Source of the DNA: an uncultured Acidimicrobiales bacterium
GTDB taxonomy: Bacteria > Actinomycetota > Acidimicrobiia > Acidimicrobiales > CATQHL01
Direction of reading: 5' to 3'
Assembly (NCBI GenBank): GCA_958295925.1
Contig: CATQHL010000001.1
Span: 1,249,753 to 1,313,752, forward strand
Length of the DNA: 64,000 nt
The translations under genes were made by a program, and so were the position numbers. Positions 1 through 9,637 of this stretch are shown here, piece after piece. The stretch's first letter is position 1. Each line of letters starts with the position of its first letter. A model generated the notes under the pieces. The model ran no database searches and had not been told where the DNA came from. It saw only the letters and a list, made by a program, of their open reading frames with translations.

Positions 1-1036
1 GCGTGTCGGGGGTGCCCTCGTAGATGACAGAGGTGGCGCCGTTGGCGAGCGGCCCGTAGACGATGTAGCTGTGCCCTGTCACCCAGCCGATGTCGGCGGC
101 GCACCAGTAGACGTCCTCGGAGGGGTGGAGGTCGAACACATGGCGATGCGTGAACGCCGCCTGGGTCAGGTACCCGCCCGAGGTGTGCATGATGCCCTTG
201 GGTTTGGCGGTGGTGCCCGATGTGTACAGCAGGTAGAGCAGGTGTTCGCTGTCGAAGGCTTCCGGCGGGTCGTCGGAGGGGTCGGCTTCTGCCATCAGAT
301 CGTGCCAGTAAAGGTCGCGCCCCTCCTGCATGCTTATTTCCAGATCGCAGCGGTTGACCACCACCACGTGCTCAACCGAAGGTGCCGCCCCTGCGGCGAG
401 TGCGGTGTCCACGTTTGCCTTCAGCGGGCTGGGGGCTCCCCGCCTGTAGCCGCCATCGGCGGTTATCACCAGTCGCACGGCCGCGTCGGCGCAGCGGTCG
501 GCGATGGAGTCGGGGGAGAAGCCGCCGAAGATAACAGAGTGCGCCACCCCCATGCGCGCGCAGGCGAGCATGGCCACAGGCAACTCCAGAATCATCGGCA
601 TGTAGATAGCCACCCTGTCGCCGGCACGCATTCCCAGCGAGGAGAGCACCGCAGCAAAGCGGCGCACCTCTTCGAGGAGTTCGGCGTAAGTGATTGTTTG
701 GGTGTCGCCCGGCTCGCCTTCCCAGTGGTAGGCCACCCTGCCTCCTAGGCCGGCTGCCACGTGGCGGTCGAGGCAGTTGTATGCAACGTTCAGCCTCCCC
801 CCCACGAACCAGCGGGCGTCGGGGGCTTCCCAGCTCAGCGTGGTGTGAAAGTCCTCTTCCCAGTTCAGCATCTCCCGCGCCTGGCGAGCCCAGAAAGCCT
901 CGTAGTCGGCGGCGGCTTCCTCGTATAGGGAGTTGTCGCTTGTTAGGGCGACGGCGCTGAACTCTCCGGCGGGCGGGAAGGTGCGGTCTTCGCTGGAGAG
1001 TTCGTCAATGGCGGGCTCTGAAGTGTGCGGCGTCAT
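1..1036 (-). CDS. acs: Acetyl-CoA synthetase, 5' part; runs off the window start
   Basis: Manual translation from ATG 1036 (GAGGAG SD upstream): MTPHTSEPAI...WFVGGRLNVAYNCLDRH...LYTSGTTAKPKG...YWCAADIGWVTGHSYIVYGPLANGATSVIYEGTP. Confidence 0.95.
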   Translation of the reverse strand, partial: MTPHTSEPAIDELSSEDRTFPPAGEFSAVALTSDNSLYEEAAADYEAFWARQAREMLNWEEDFHTTLSWEAPDARWFVGGRLNVAYNCLDRHVAAGLGGRVAYHWEGEPGDTQTITYAELLEEVRRFAAVLSSLGMRAGDRVAIYMPMILELPVAMLACARMGVAHSVIFGGFSPDSIADRCADAAVRLVITADGGYRRGAPSPLKANVDTALAAGAAPSVEHVVVVNRCDLEISMQEGRDLYWHDLMAEADPSDDPPEAFDSEHLLYLLYTSGTTAKPKGIMHTSGGYLTQAAFTHRHVFDLHPSEDVYWCAADIGWVTGHSYIVYGPLANGATSVIYEGTPDT

Positions 1037-1239
1037 TGTCTCCTCGCTTGTCGGGGTGGGCGGGGGTTCTTGTGGGTGTGTGGTCGTCGCTGGGCGGCTG
1101 CGGCGGGCAGGGGCCTGGGCGACGGGGTTGGCGGTTGAGCCTAGTGCGGGCTTCGCTCATTGATTTATGTGGCTGCTTCTGGTTCGTTATTTGTGGAATT
1201 GCGTGGTGTTGTTCGGGGGGTTATTGTCTGGCTTAAGGA

Positions 1240-1275
1240 TTTCGGCACTACATGAATTTTCGGCGCTACATGAAT
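1240..1275 (+). repeat. 18-bp tandem direct repeat just upstream of the lipoprotein RBS
   Basis: tttcggcactacatgaat / tttcggcgctacatgaat (1 mismatch), followed by AAGGAG-TG. Confidence 0.8.
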
Positions 1276-1280
1276 AAGGA

Positions 1281-4200
1281 GTGCTCATGATCTTCAGGCT
1301 GCTGGGCGTCTTCGTTGGGCTGGCGTTGTTGGCTTCCTCGTGCGCGTCGGGGCCTGGGGGTGGCTTGTCAACCGGGGGGGCGGCTTCGGGGGGCGGGGCC
1401 GGGCCCCTGGCGGGGGCGGGTTTGGCGGAGGGGCCTTCCCCGGGGGCTGGCCCGGCGGCTTCGCTGGCGGCGGCTGAGGGCGCGGTTTCGCTGGTTTTGC
1501 TTGGGGCCGGGGTTGATTCGTTGACGGTGGGCTGGGGCGGCGGCTTCGCCTCCGGCGCCGCTGCGCTGCGGCTGCGTTGGCGGGATCGCCCCCACGAGGA
1601 ACCCGTCGACGACGCCGGCGGCGGCGTGTGGGAGAGCGTCGACCTGCCCGCCTCGGCGCGGTCCTACAAGATCACCGGCCTGGAGCCAGGGGGCCGTTAC
1701 GCGGTGAGGCTCTCCGCCCTCGACGCCGGCGGCAGGGAGACCGCCGCGCTGCGGGGCGGCTTCGGGACGCAGGCCCCGCCGCCAGGCAACCTCACCGCCA
1801 CGCCGCTGGCCCACGACGCTGTCACGCTGCGGTGGTCGCCGCCGGCCGGGTGGTCGCCGACCGGGTACGTGATCCGGTGGAGGCCGCGCGGCGGCGCCGA
1901 CTTCGCCGGGCGGCTGAACACCCCGCCAGGGCGCACCAAGCAGGTCATCGACGGCCTCACGGGAGGGACGCGCTACGTGTTCCGCATCACAGCCCTGACG
2001 CCCGCCCGCCGTGAGACGCCGGCGAGGAGCGCCGGCGCGCGCACCCCCCCGGCGCGCGCCGGGGGGCTCACCTTGAAGGTGGACGCGCCCGCCGAGTGCG
2101 TGACCGGGGAGGGCTCCACACTGAGCATGGTCGACAGGCAACTCCTCTACGAGCAGGCCGAGCGGCTCTGGCCGGAGGGCTCCGAAGGCCCCACCACCGA
2201 GGAGTGGAACACGCTCATGAACTCAGAGGCGGTGCGCAGGAACACCCGGCAGGGCGTCGCCTCAATAACCGTGTCATGGGAGATCAGCGGGGGGACGGCG
2301 CCCTACCAGATCAGCGGCGCCGGCGTCGAGGGCGGCGGCGCGTCGGGCTCAGCCGAGGTCACCTGCGCGAGGGAGGGCGTGAACCTCGACGACCTCGACG
2401 ACGCCGAAGCCGGTGTCGTCGACGCCGGGCCCAAGACGTTCACCCTCACGGCCGCCGACGCCGCCGGCGCGTCCGCCACGGCCACCGTGACCGTGGAGAT
2501 CATCAAACTCGCCGAACCCGGGGCCGTCATCGCATCAGGCAGCACCCACCGCTCAGGCCTGCAATACGCGCAAGTCCCCGAAGGCATGGAAATCGTCTTC
2601 GAAGGCCTCGTCAACGCCACCTACCCGCTGGCGGAACCAGGAGACGCCCCACTGCCACCCTCCACCCGCTTCAGATACCGCCAGGTCACCCCCGGCCCCA
2701 GAGCCACCGAAGTGCAAGTCAACACCATCACCGGCGAGGAAATCGTTCGCTACGTAGTCATGCTCACCACAAGACACGGAACAGCAACCTGGGACAGACA
2801 ACCCAACATGCAACTAACCCCAGAAGAAAACACCCTCTGGAACCAATACTTCAACTCCCTAAACGTTCTGCCACCCATCTTGGCAGAAAGCCAGAGGAAG
2901 ATACCGGAATCCGCTGGAAAAATAGTTGACACTCTAAACAAGTACTTCCCCGGCTGGGAATCGGATGAGGGGTTTGAGGAGTTAATGGATAACCTAGAGA
3001 AACTAGAGGAACTTGGTTACGACATACCCAACTGGGAGCCGCCCCCTTTACAGAATGAGGGAGGCGGAGTCTCCGGCGCGCAAGGGAGAGTCATTTCAAT
3101 CGTCAACTGCCAGCCGATCGACGACTTAATAGCTCTCATTAACAATGTTATACACGCCAGCGAGAGACTTATTCTATCATATGAAAATCTGATTACACAC
3201 CTGAGGGGTGCGCCATCGCCTGCGAATGAAAGACTAATTGCGGAGTATATGGATGGGATTCGTGAAGCAAGGCTTGACATAGCACAACAAATCGAGAGCA
3301 GGAAGGGGATTCGTGCTGCTTCGTGGTGGCGTCCGTATGGCGGGTTGGTTGGTGGTGGGCAGGGGTTGCCGTGTGATTCGTTTGTGAGTGTTCATCCGCG
3401 GTTGTTGGCGGGTGAGTCGTTGACTGTCTGCGTGGCGGGGTCTTCCGGCGACGCTGCTTTGCGGCGGGGTTTGCTTGCCGCTTTGGACGGCGCTGTGCTG
3501 GATTGGAACGACGCGTTGTCGCCCAACCGCGCGGCGCCGGACCGGGGGGCTCTTCCTGGCCTCCCATACGAGGCGCTCAGGGTGGTGAACGACGCCGGCG
3601 GGGAGTGCCCGGCAGGCGTGGACGCCGACATGCGCATCATGGACATGCGCGATGCTGCGTGCGCAGGCTGCGATCTCGCCAACGCTTTCCAGGACATTAG
3701 GGGGAACCCGCCGAGGACAACGGGGACCGGCCTGGTGATTCATTCGTCGGACGCCGCCAACCCTCTTGAGTGGATCGTGCGGCACGAGTTGGGCCATTTC
3801 CTGGGTTTGGGGGACTACAGGCGCGGGTGCTGGCGTCTTGATCACTCGCCGGCGTCCCCGGCGGCCTCGTTGATGAGCTACGGCACCGACCCCTCCTACA
3901 GAGGCCCTGGAGGCGCGTCGGACGCTGCGGGGTGCCGCTCGGAAACGGTCAGCGCGAGGGATTTGTCCGATTTGCATGCGGTGTATCACCCCGACGCCGC
4001 TCCGCGTCAAGCCCTGGAGCGGGTGACCGCGACGCTGCCGGTGGGCGCCGCGAGGCCGCGGTGGATTTTCCGCTGGGACGTCCCGCCAGCAACGGTGACG
4101 CGGCTCTTGAATTACCTGCCAGGGGATTACAACACGTGGTTCAACTCACCGCAGGTGGGGTTGTTCAGGCGTGTTCTGCTGGATCAGTCGAGGTACGTGA

Positions 4201-5369
4201 ACGAGGCAGGCACCTGGGAACTGGTGGCTGCGGCGCCCCCCGGGGTCGGCTGGCTTGCCCTCCAGGTGAGCGAGAACCCGGCGGGAAGGGAGTACATGGC
4301 CGTCGGGCTCACGAGAGGCGACCACATGCGCGACCCTGCCGCGGCAAGCGCCAGCGGCGTCGCCGCCCACGCCACTGTGGGCGCCGCCGGGGTGCTTCCG
4401 GGTGGCGCGTTCCCGGCTCAGGGCTGGACGCTGGGGAGGCTTCCCGCGGCGACGAGGCTGCCCGCCCCGGCCGGCGAGCACGCCGCGCAAGCGTCGCCTT
4501 TTGGTTTCGTGAACTACGGGCTGACCGGGCAGGGGGAGTGGAGGCTCGCGTTCTGGGGCAAGGCCCTGCGAGGCCTCCGGGTCACCCGCGGCGGGCCGGT
4601 GAGCCTCTCCCCCGGGGACATGGTGATTAGCTACGGGCAGGCTTTCACCTCCTTCGCCGACAGCCCCTTCGCCTCATTCCAGCCGCTCACGATCACGCAC
4701 GGCGACACGACCATCACGGCGAGTTCCTGCGACCAGCACTTCTACAACATCGACCGCTACGAATGCTTGGTGCGGGGCGCGTTCACCCCGGACGCGGGCC
4801 GCGTCCCCGTGCGAGTCGACGTCGCCACCACCGATGTCTCCGCCGGGTCCCCGGCGGGTCCCCACGCACTCGCCCTCGACGGCTTCCGCTTCGCCTCCTA
4901 CGGCGAGGAAAACCGGAAATACACCTTCCACGGACAGGACCGGGCGGCCTTCACCCCCACGCACGGCCCCAGGGTGGTCATAGCGTCGGGAGACCTGCTC
5001 ATCAGCAGCGAACAGGCCTTCACCTCGCTCACAGCCGGGCCCTTCGCGGACTTCAAGCCAAGGCGGGTGCGCTACGGAACGCAAACCATCAACGCCTCTG
5101 CGTGCTCGCAGAATTACTGGAACGAAGGCTCCTACCACTGCCTCATCAAGAACGCGTTCACATGGGGAAAAACCACCCCAGCAAAAATCGCCGTCAACGC
5201 CGCACCCCAAACCAGCGGAAACACGAACAGGCCCACAACACCCGCCCCCGCGCCCCCCGCGGCCGAACCGGAACAAACCACAACAACCACCACGCACCCA
5301 GCCACCTGCCCCACCATCCCCCACAAATGCCAACCCCCAGCAGAGAACACCGCAGAAACCCCACCCTAA
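1281..5369 (+). CDS. Large secreted lipoprotein with two Fn3-like domains, a metzincin-type zinc peptidase domain, two C-terminal Cys-containing repeats and a Pro/Thr tail
   Basis: Lipobox-like LLASSC; Fn3 signatures (SLTVGW...YKITGLEPGGRYAVRL; VTLRWSPP...GYVIRW...IDGLTGGTRYVFRITA); HELGHFLGLGD followed by Met-turn-like SLMSYG. Confidence 0.8.
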   Translation: MLMIFRLLGVFVGLALLASSCASGPGGGLSTGGAASGGGAGPLAGAGLAEGPSPGAGPAASLAAAEGAVSLVLLGAGVDSLTVGWGGGFASGAAALRLRWRDRPHEEPVDDAGGGVWESVDLPASARSYKITGLEPGGRYAVRLSALDAGGRETAALRGGFGTQAPPPGNLTATPLAHDAVTLRWSPPAGWSPTGYVIRWRPRGGADFAGRLNTPPGRTKQVIDGLTGGTRYVFRITALTPARRETPARSAGARTPPARAGGLTLKVDAPAECVTGEGSTLSMVDRQLLYEQAERLWPEGSEGPTTEEWNTLMNSEAVRRNTRQGVASITVSWEISGGTAPYQISGAGVEGGGASGSAEVTCAREGVNLDDLDDAEAGVVDAGPKTFTLTAADAAGASATATVTVEIIKLAEPGAVIASGSTHRSGLQYAQVPEGMEIVFEGLVNATYPLAEPGDAPLPPSTRFRYRQVTPGPRATEVQVNTITGEEIVRYVVMLTTRHGTATWDRQPNMQLTPEENTLWNQYFNSLNVLPPILAESQRKIPESAGKIVDTLNKYFPGWESDEGFEELMDNLEKLEELGYDIPNWEPPPLQNEGGGVSGAQGRVISIVNCQPIDDLIALINNVIHASERLILSYENLITHLRGAPSPANERLIAEYMDGIREARLDIAQQIESRKGIRAASWWRPYGGLVGGGQGLPCDSFVSVHPRLLAGESLTVCVAGSSGDAALRRGLLAALDGAVLDWNDALSPNRAAPDRGALPGLPYEALRVVNDAGGECPAGVDADMRIMDMRDAACAGCDLANAFQDIRGNPPRTTGTGLVIHSSDAANPLEWIVRHELGHFLGLGDYRRGCWRLDHSPASPAASLMSYGTDPSYRGPGGASDAAGCRSETVSARDLSDLHAVYHPDAAPRQALERVTATLPVGAARPRWIFRWDVPPATVTRLLNYLPGDYNTWFNSPQVGLFRRVLLDQSRYVNEAGTWELVAAAPPGVGWLALQVSENPAGREYMAVGLTRGDHMRDPAAASASGVAAHATVGAAGVLPGGAFPAQGWTLGRLPAATRLPAPAGEHAAQASPFGFVNYGLTGQGEWRLAFWGKALRGLRVTRGGPVSLSPGDMVISYGQAFTSFADSPFASFQPLTITHGDTTITASSCDQHFYNIDRYECLVRGAFTPDAGRVPVRVDVATTDVSAGSPAGPHALALDGFRFASYGEENRKYTFHGQDRAAFTPTHGPRVVIASGDLLISSEQAFTSLTAGPFADFKPRRVRYGTQTINASACSQNYWNEGSYHCLIKNAFTWGKTTPAKIAVNAAPQTSGNTNRPTTPAPAPPAAEPEQTTTTTTHPATCPTIPHKCQPPAENTAETPP
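1305..2877 (+). repeat. Copy 1 of a ~1573-bp near-identical direct repeat
   Basis: Matches 5637-7209 at offset 4332; one substitution noticed (C2782 vs T7114). Confidence 0.95.
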
Positions 5370-5594
5370 ACCAACTAAGCCAGCAGTGAAACCACCACGG
5401 CGACAACATATTTCCCCCAAATTCGCCAGGGGCGTGCGGCTAAAGCAGCGCTTCCGAGCGCTCCGCAAGCACATCGTGCTGGCTACGGGCTCCGGTTTGC
5501 GTTGTTGCTGCGGCTCGTCTGTTGTGGTTTTGCGTGGTGTTGTCTTGGGGATTATTGTCTGGTCTAAGGGTTTCGGCGCTTAGGGAGGAATTGG

Positions 5595-7514
5595 GTGCAC
5601 ATGTTTCAAGGGCTGCTGGGCGTCTTCAAGATGTCAGGCGTCTTCGTTGGGCTGGCGTTGTTGGCTTCCTCGTGCGCGTCGGGGCCTGGGGGTGGCTTGT
5701 CAACCGGGGGGGCGGCTTCGGGGGGCGGGGCCGGGCCCCTGGCGGGGGCGGGTTTGGCGGAGGGGCCTTCCCCGGGGGCTGGCCCGGCGGCTTCGCTGGC
5801 GGCGGCTGAGGGCGCGGTTTCGCTGGTTTTGCTTGGGGCCGGGGTTGATTCGTTGACGGTGGGCTGGGGCGGCGGCTTCGCCTCCGGCGCCGCTGCGCTG
5901 CGGCTGCGTTGGCGGGATCGCCCCCACGAGGAACCCGTCGACGACGCCGGCGGCGGCGTGTGGGAGAGCGTCGACCTGCCCGCCTCGGCGCGGTCCTACA
6001 AGATCACCGGCCTGGAGCCAGGGGGCCGTTACGCGGTGAGGCTCTCCGCCCTCGACGCCGGCGGCAGGGAGACCGCCGCGCTGCGGGGCGGCTTCGGGAC
6101 GCAGGCCCCGCCGCCAGGCAACCTCACCGCCACGCCGCTGGCCCACGACGCTGTCACGCTGCGGTGGTCGCCGCCGGCCGGGTGGTCGCCGACCGGGTAC
6201 GTGATCCGGTGGAGGCCGCGCGGCGGCGCCGACTTCGCCGGGCGGCTGAACACCCCGCCAGGGCGCACCAAGCAGGTCATCGACGGCCTCACGGGAGGGA
6301 CGCGCTACGTGTTCCGCATCACAGCCCTGACGCCCGCCCGCCGTGAGACGCCGGCGAGGAGCGCCGGCGCGCGCACCCCCCCGGCGCGCGCCGGGGGGCT
6401 CACCTTGAAGGTGGACGCGCCCGCCGAGTGCGTGACCGGGGAGGGCTCCACACTGAGCATGGTCGACAGGCAACTCCTCTACGAGCAGGCCGAGCGGCTC
6501 TGGCCGGAGGGCTCCGAAGGCCCCACCACCGAGGAGTGGAACACGCTCATGAACTCAGAGGCGGTGCGCAGGAACACCCGGCAGGGCGTCGCCTCAATAA
6601 CCGTGTCATGGGAGATCAGCGGGGGGACGGCGCCCTACCAGATCAGCGGCGCCGGCGTCGAGGGCGGCGGCGCGTCGGGCTCAGCCGAGGTCACCTGCGC
6701 GAGGGAGGGCGTGAACCTCGACGACCTCGACGACGCCGAAGCCGGTGTCGTCGACGCCGGGCCCAAGACGTTCACCCTCACGGCCGCCGACGCCGCCGGC
6801 GCGTCCGCCACGGCCACCGTGACCGTGGAGATCATCAAACTCGCCGAACCCGGGGCCGTCATCGCATCAGGCAGCACCCACCGCTCAGGCCTGCAATACG
6901 CGCAAGTCCCCGAAGGCATGGAAATCGTCTTCGAAGGCCTCGTCAACGCCACCTACCCGCTGGCGGAACCAGGAGACGCCCCACTGCCACCCTCCACCCG
7001 CTTCAGATACCGCCAGGTCACCCCCGGCCCCAGAGCCACCGAAGTGCAAGTCAACACCATCACCGGCGAGGAAATCGTTCGCTACGTAGTCATGCTCACC
7101 ACAAGACACGGAATAGCAACCTGGGACAGACAACCCAACATGCAACTAACCCCAGAAGAAAACACCCTCTGGAACCAATACTTCAACTCCCTAAACGTTC
7201 TGCCACCCAGTTCTTCAGAACTCCTGAGGAGGATACCGGAAATCGTTGGAGACATGATAGACTACAATAATAAGCATCTTCCCGGCTGGGAAATGAGCGA
7301 AAAATTTAGAACAGCTCTAGAGAAACTAGAGGAACTTGGTTACGACATACCCAACTGGGAGCCGCCCCCTTTACAGAATGAGGGAGGCGGCGTCTCCGGC
7401 GCCCCAACACCCCTGCGGCCGAACCAGAACAAACAACAACAACCACCACGCACGCACCCACCTGCACCACCATCCCACACGAATGCCGACCCCCCGCAGA
7501 GAACACCGCAGTGA
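5595..7514 (+). CDS. Truncated paralogue of the Fn3 lipoprotein lacking the peptidase and C-terminal repeats; tail out of frame (possible pseudogene)
   Basis: Near-identical to copy 1 up to LNVLPP; after GGGVSGA it jumps to tail DNA whose homologous reading (PAAEPEQTTTTTTHAPTCTTIPHECRPPAENT) lies in another frame. Confidence 0.75.
   Translation: MHMFQGLLGVFKMSGVFVGLALLASSCASGPGGGLSTGGAASGGGAGPLAGAGLAEGPSPGAGPAASLAAAEGAVSLVLLGAGVDSLTVGWGGGFASGAAALRLRWRDRPHEEPVDDAGGGVWESVDLPASARSYKITGLEPGGRYAVRLSALDAGGRETAALRGGFGTQAPPPGNLTATPLAHDAVTLRWSPPAGWSPTGYVIRWRPRGGADFAGRLNTPPGRTKQVIDGLTGGTRYVFRITALTPARRETPARSAGARTPPARAGGLTLKVDAPAECVTGEGSTLSMVDRQLLYEQAERLWPEGSEGPTTEEWNTLMNSEAVRRNTRQGVASITVSWEISGGTAPYQISGAGVEGGGASGSAEVTCAREGVNLDDLDDAEAGVVDAGPKTFTLTAADAAGASATATVTVEIIKLAEPGAVIASGSTHRSGLQYAQVPEGMEIVFEGLVNATYPLAEPGDAPLPPSTRFRYRQVTPGPRATEVQVNTITGEEIVRYVVMLTTRHGIATWDRQPNMQLTPEENTLWNQYFNSLNVLPPSSSELLRRIPEIVGDMIDYNNKHLPGWEMSEKFRTALEKLEELGYDIPNWEPPPLQNEGGGVSGAPTPLRPNQNKQQQPPRTHPPAPPSHTNADPPQRTPQ
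5637..7209 (+). repeat. Copy 2 of the ~1573-bp direct repeat
   Basis: Sequence and all six-frame ORFs duplicated relative to 1305-2877. Confidence 0.95.
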
Positions 7515-7531
7515 ACCCTCCCTAGGCCAAC

Positions 7532-8653
7532 TCACCGCACATGCCACTCCAGCACAGCGAACGCGCCCAAGCCCGACGGGTCGCACAAAGCCTCAGCCTC
7601 GACAACACGGCTACGGGCCACAACAGCCGCCAAATCCCCGATCCCAGCCCGCTTCCCCCAATTATCCCTGCCCTCCGCAACCATCCTCTCCAAGCCGAGG
7701 CCGCGGAGGTAAGACGCCTGGTCGCTCACCTGCGCACCAGGGTGCGCGCACAGGATTTGATCTAGCGGGACTTCCACAGTGATGTCCTGCAGCCCGGTGT
7801 CAGCAAGCGGGGGGGCTCCCCTTGCCTGAGAGCGGTAGGTACGCAGCCACTCGCCTTGCGGGCGGGCCGCCAGCGAAGAGGTGACGTCGGCGTAGTCGAC
7901 AACGATCAACCTGCCTGCGTGGAGCAGATCGAGCGCGCGCCCGACCCAGCCAACCGCCTCTGCTGCCAGGGGAATTCGAGACCCCTGCGGAGCGTCTGGA
8001 GCCAAGCAATCGGCGAACTCGGCGTCGGCAGACGGCAGCGGCCTGAGGGCTTCCCGCCGACAGGCAGCGAGAGGAAACGCCGCTTCTGCAGCGGGAGGGG
8101 GCGCACTTGTCTTGTTCCATCCGCTGGCGTGCGGACCTTCAGCGACGGCTGCGACCTCTTCCACATAAACCTCGCTCCAACCCTCGAATGTGCGTTCAAA
8201 GAGGCGGGCAGGCAGGTTGTCAAGCAGTTCGTTGGCAATGATTGCGCCGCAAAGCGGACGCTCCGGCAAGTCCGGCAGCGACACCACCTCGGTGACTCCG
8301 CGTTTTGCCGCTAAATCCGCCAGAGAGTCGTGCGCTCGGCGGAGCACTTCCGAGCGCTCCACTAGCACATACCGCAAAACGGGGGCGCAGCGAGGGCGGG
8401 CTGCCATCACCGACCGCGCCAGCGTGCCGGCCCCCGCCCCGGCGTCCACGACGGTGAAGTCCTGCGGGCGACCCAGCTCATCCCAAATCGAGTCGAGCTT
8501 CGAAGCGATCAGGAGGCCAAAAAGAGGTCCAACTTCGGGACTGGTCAGAAAATCGCGCCCGCGGCGACCAGCACCTCTCCCAGCGGTATAGAACCCGCCT
8601 GGCCCATACAAAGCGGTCTCCATGAACTCGTCAAACCGCTGCAGGCACTTCAA
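7532..8653 (-). CDS. SAM-dependent methyltransferase, MidA/NDUFAF7 family
   Basis: FMETALYGPGGFY, DFLTSPEVGPLFG, VDAGAGAGTL, ANELLDNLP, VVDY, QDIT motifs. Confidence 0.85.
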   Translation of the reverse strand: MKCLQRFDEFMETALYGPGGFYTAGRGAGRRGRDFLTSPEVGPLFGLLIASKLDSIWDELGRPQDFTVVDAGAGAGTLARSVMAARPRCAPVLRYVLVERSEVLRRAHDSLADLAAKRGVTEVVSLPDLPERPLCGAIIANELLDNLPARLFERTFEGWSEVYVEEVAAVAEGPHASGWNKTSAPPPAAEAAFPLAACRREALRPLPSADAEFADCLAPDAPQGSRIPLAAEAVGWVGRALDLLHAGRLIVVDYADVTSSLAARPQGEWLRTYRSQARGAPPLADTGLQDITVEVPLDQILCAHPGAQVSDQASYLRGLGLERMVAEGRDNWGKRAGIGDLAAVVARSRVVEAEALCDPSGLGAFAVLEWHVR

Positions 8654-8808
8654 GCCAATAGAACTCCCACTATGAATATAATAGTGTTAATACAGGCAGC
8701 AGGATTTGCCGAATTTCTTCCTAAGCCCGCTACTCTGAGTAGTATTAATCTGATTTGTACGAATAATATTCAATAATTCGAGACCAGTATCGAATTCCAT
8801 CGCAAACC

Positions 8809-9329
8809 TCAGGTGGCTTGTAAGGCGCCTATTCTCGCGCGTATCAGATCGCAGTACTCGGGGTTAATTTCAATAATCGCCTTTCAGCCCAGTCTCCTAC
8901 TGGAACCATTACTGCTTCCTGGTACATCTTAAAATGTCGTTGCTTGTTGAACTGAAGCAGACGCTCCCAAGAATCTCTGAAACGATTTGGCCACTTGCCC
9001 GGATAGCAGTTCTTTTTATGCCAGATGAACTCTTCTGTCCAGAGCCAACCTTGTTTGCGCATAGAAAGAATTAGTTCCAAGACATATGTGTGACGTTCAC
9101 CTTTGACAGCCTTTTCTTTGATGTTCAATATGAAAGCTCCATCTTGACGCAACACTCGCTTTATTTCGGAGGCAATGGGAATGAACCATTCCACGTATTC
9201 ATCTGGATGGATTCCTCCGTACGTAGAACGTCGCTGGTCCGCATAAGGTGGCGAGGTTACTACCAAGTCCACAGACTCAGCTGGCATAGTAGACAAAACG
9301 ACCTTCGCATCTCCTTCAATGATTGTCAC
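8809..9329 (-). pseudogene. Beta-class DNA methyltransferase with internal deletion and frameshift
   Basis: N-terminal DLVVTSPPY catalytic motif; C-terminal IEINPEYCDLIRARI present in another frame (stop at 8809-8811); no DPFxGxG SAM motif in between; AT-rich. Confidence 0.75.
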
Positions 9330-9637
9330 CCTGTCTTCCCGCGCTGAAATCTCCCTACCTCCTTCATACGTTGTGCTCTGTCACCGCTGTTTCTGTTAGC
9401 GACATCTGTGAACTTCCCGGAAGATAGGCAAGATGCCACAGACAAACTGAGACTAGCACAAGCCTGCGACATCAGCCGACATCCCCCACCCCCGCTAGAG
9501 GACAACTGCTTTCGGCGCAATCACGCTCTTCTCGGCGACAGCCGCTCAAACGCAAGATCTTTAGGGGATGCAGTGCACCGCCAAATGTCGCACCTGCGTG
9601 CGAGGGCCTATCGAGCCGCCCGATTAGGAGACAGTCG

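Noticed and set aside
71..748. 225-aa + strand ORF and the many other long overlapping ORFs in the track
   Set aside because: Antisense or off-frame shadows of acs, nuo, trpB2 and other genes, expected at high GC
1240..1275. CRISPR-like repeat
   Set aside because: Only two adjacent units, no spacer and no cas genes
2878..7316. Diversity-generating retroelement TR/VR pair
   Set aside because: Differences are not confined to adenines, include an indel, and no reverse transcriptase is present in the window
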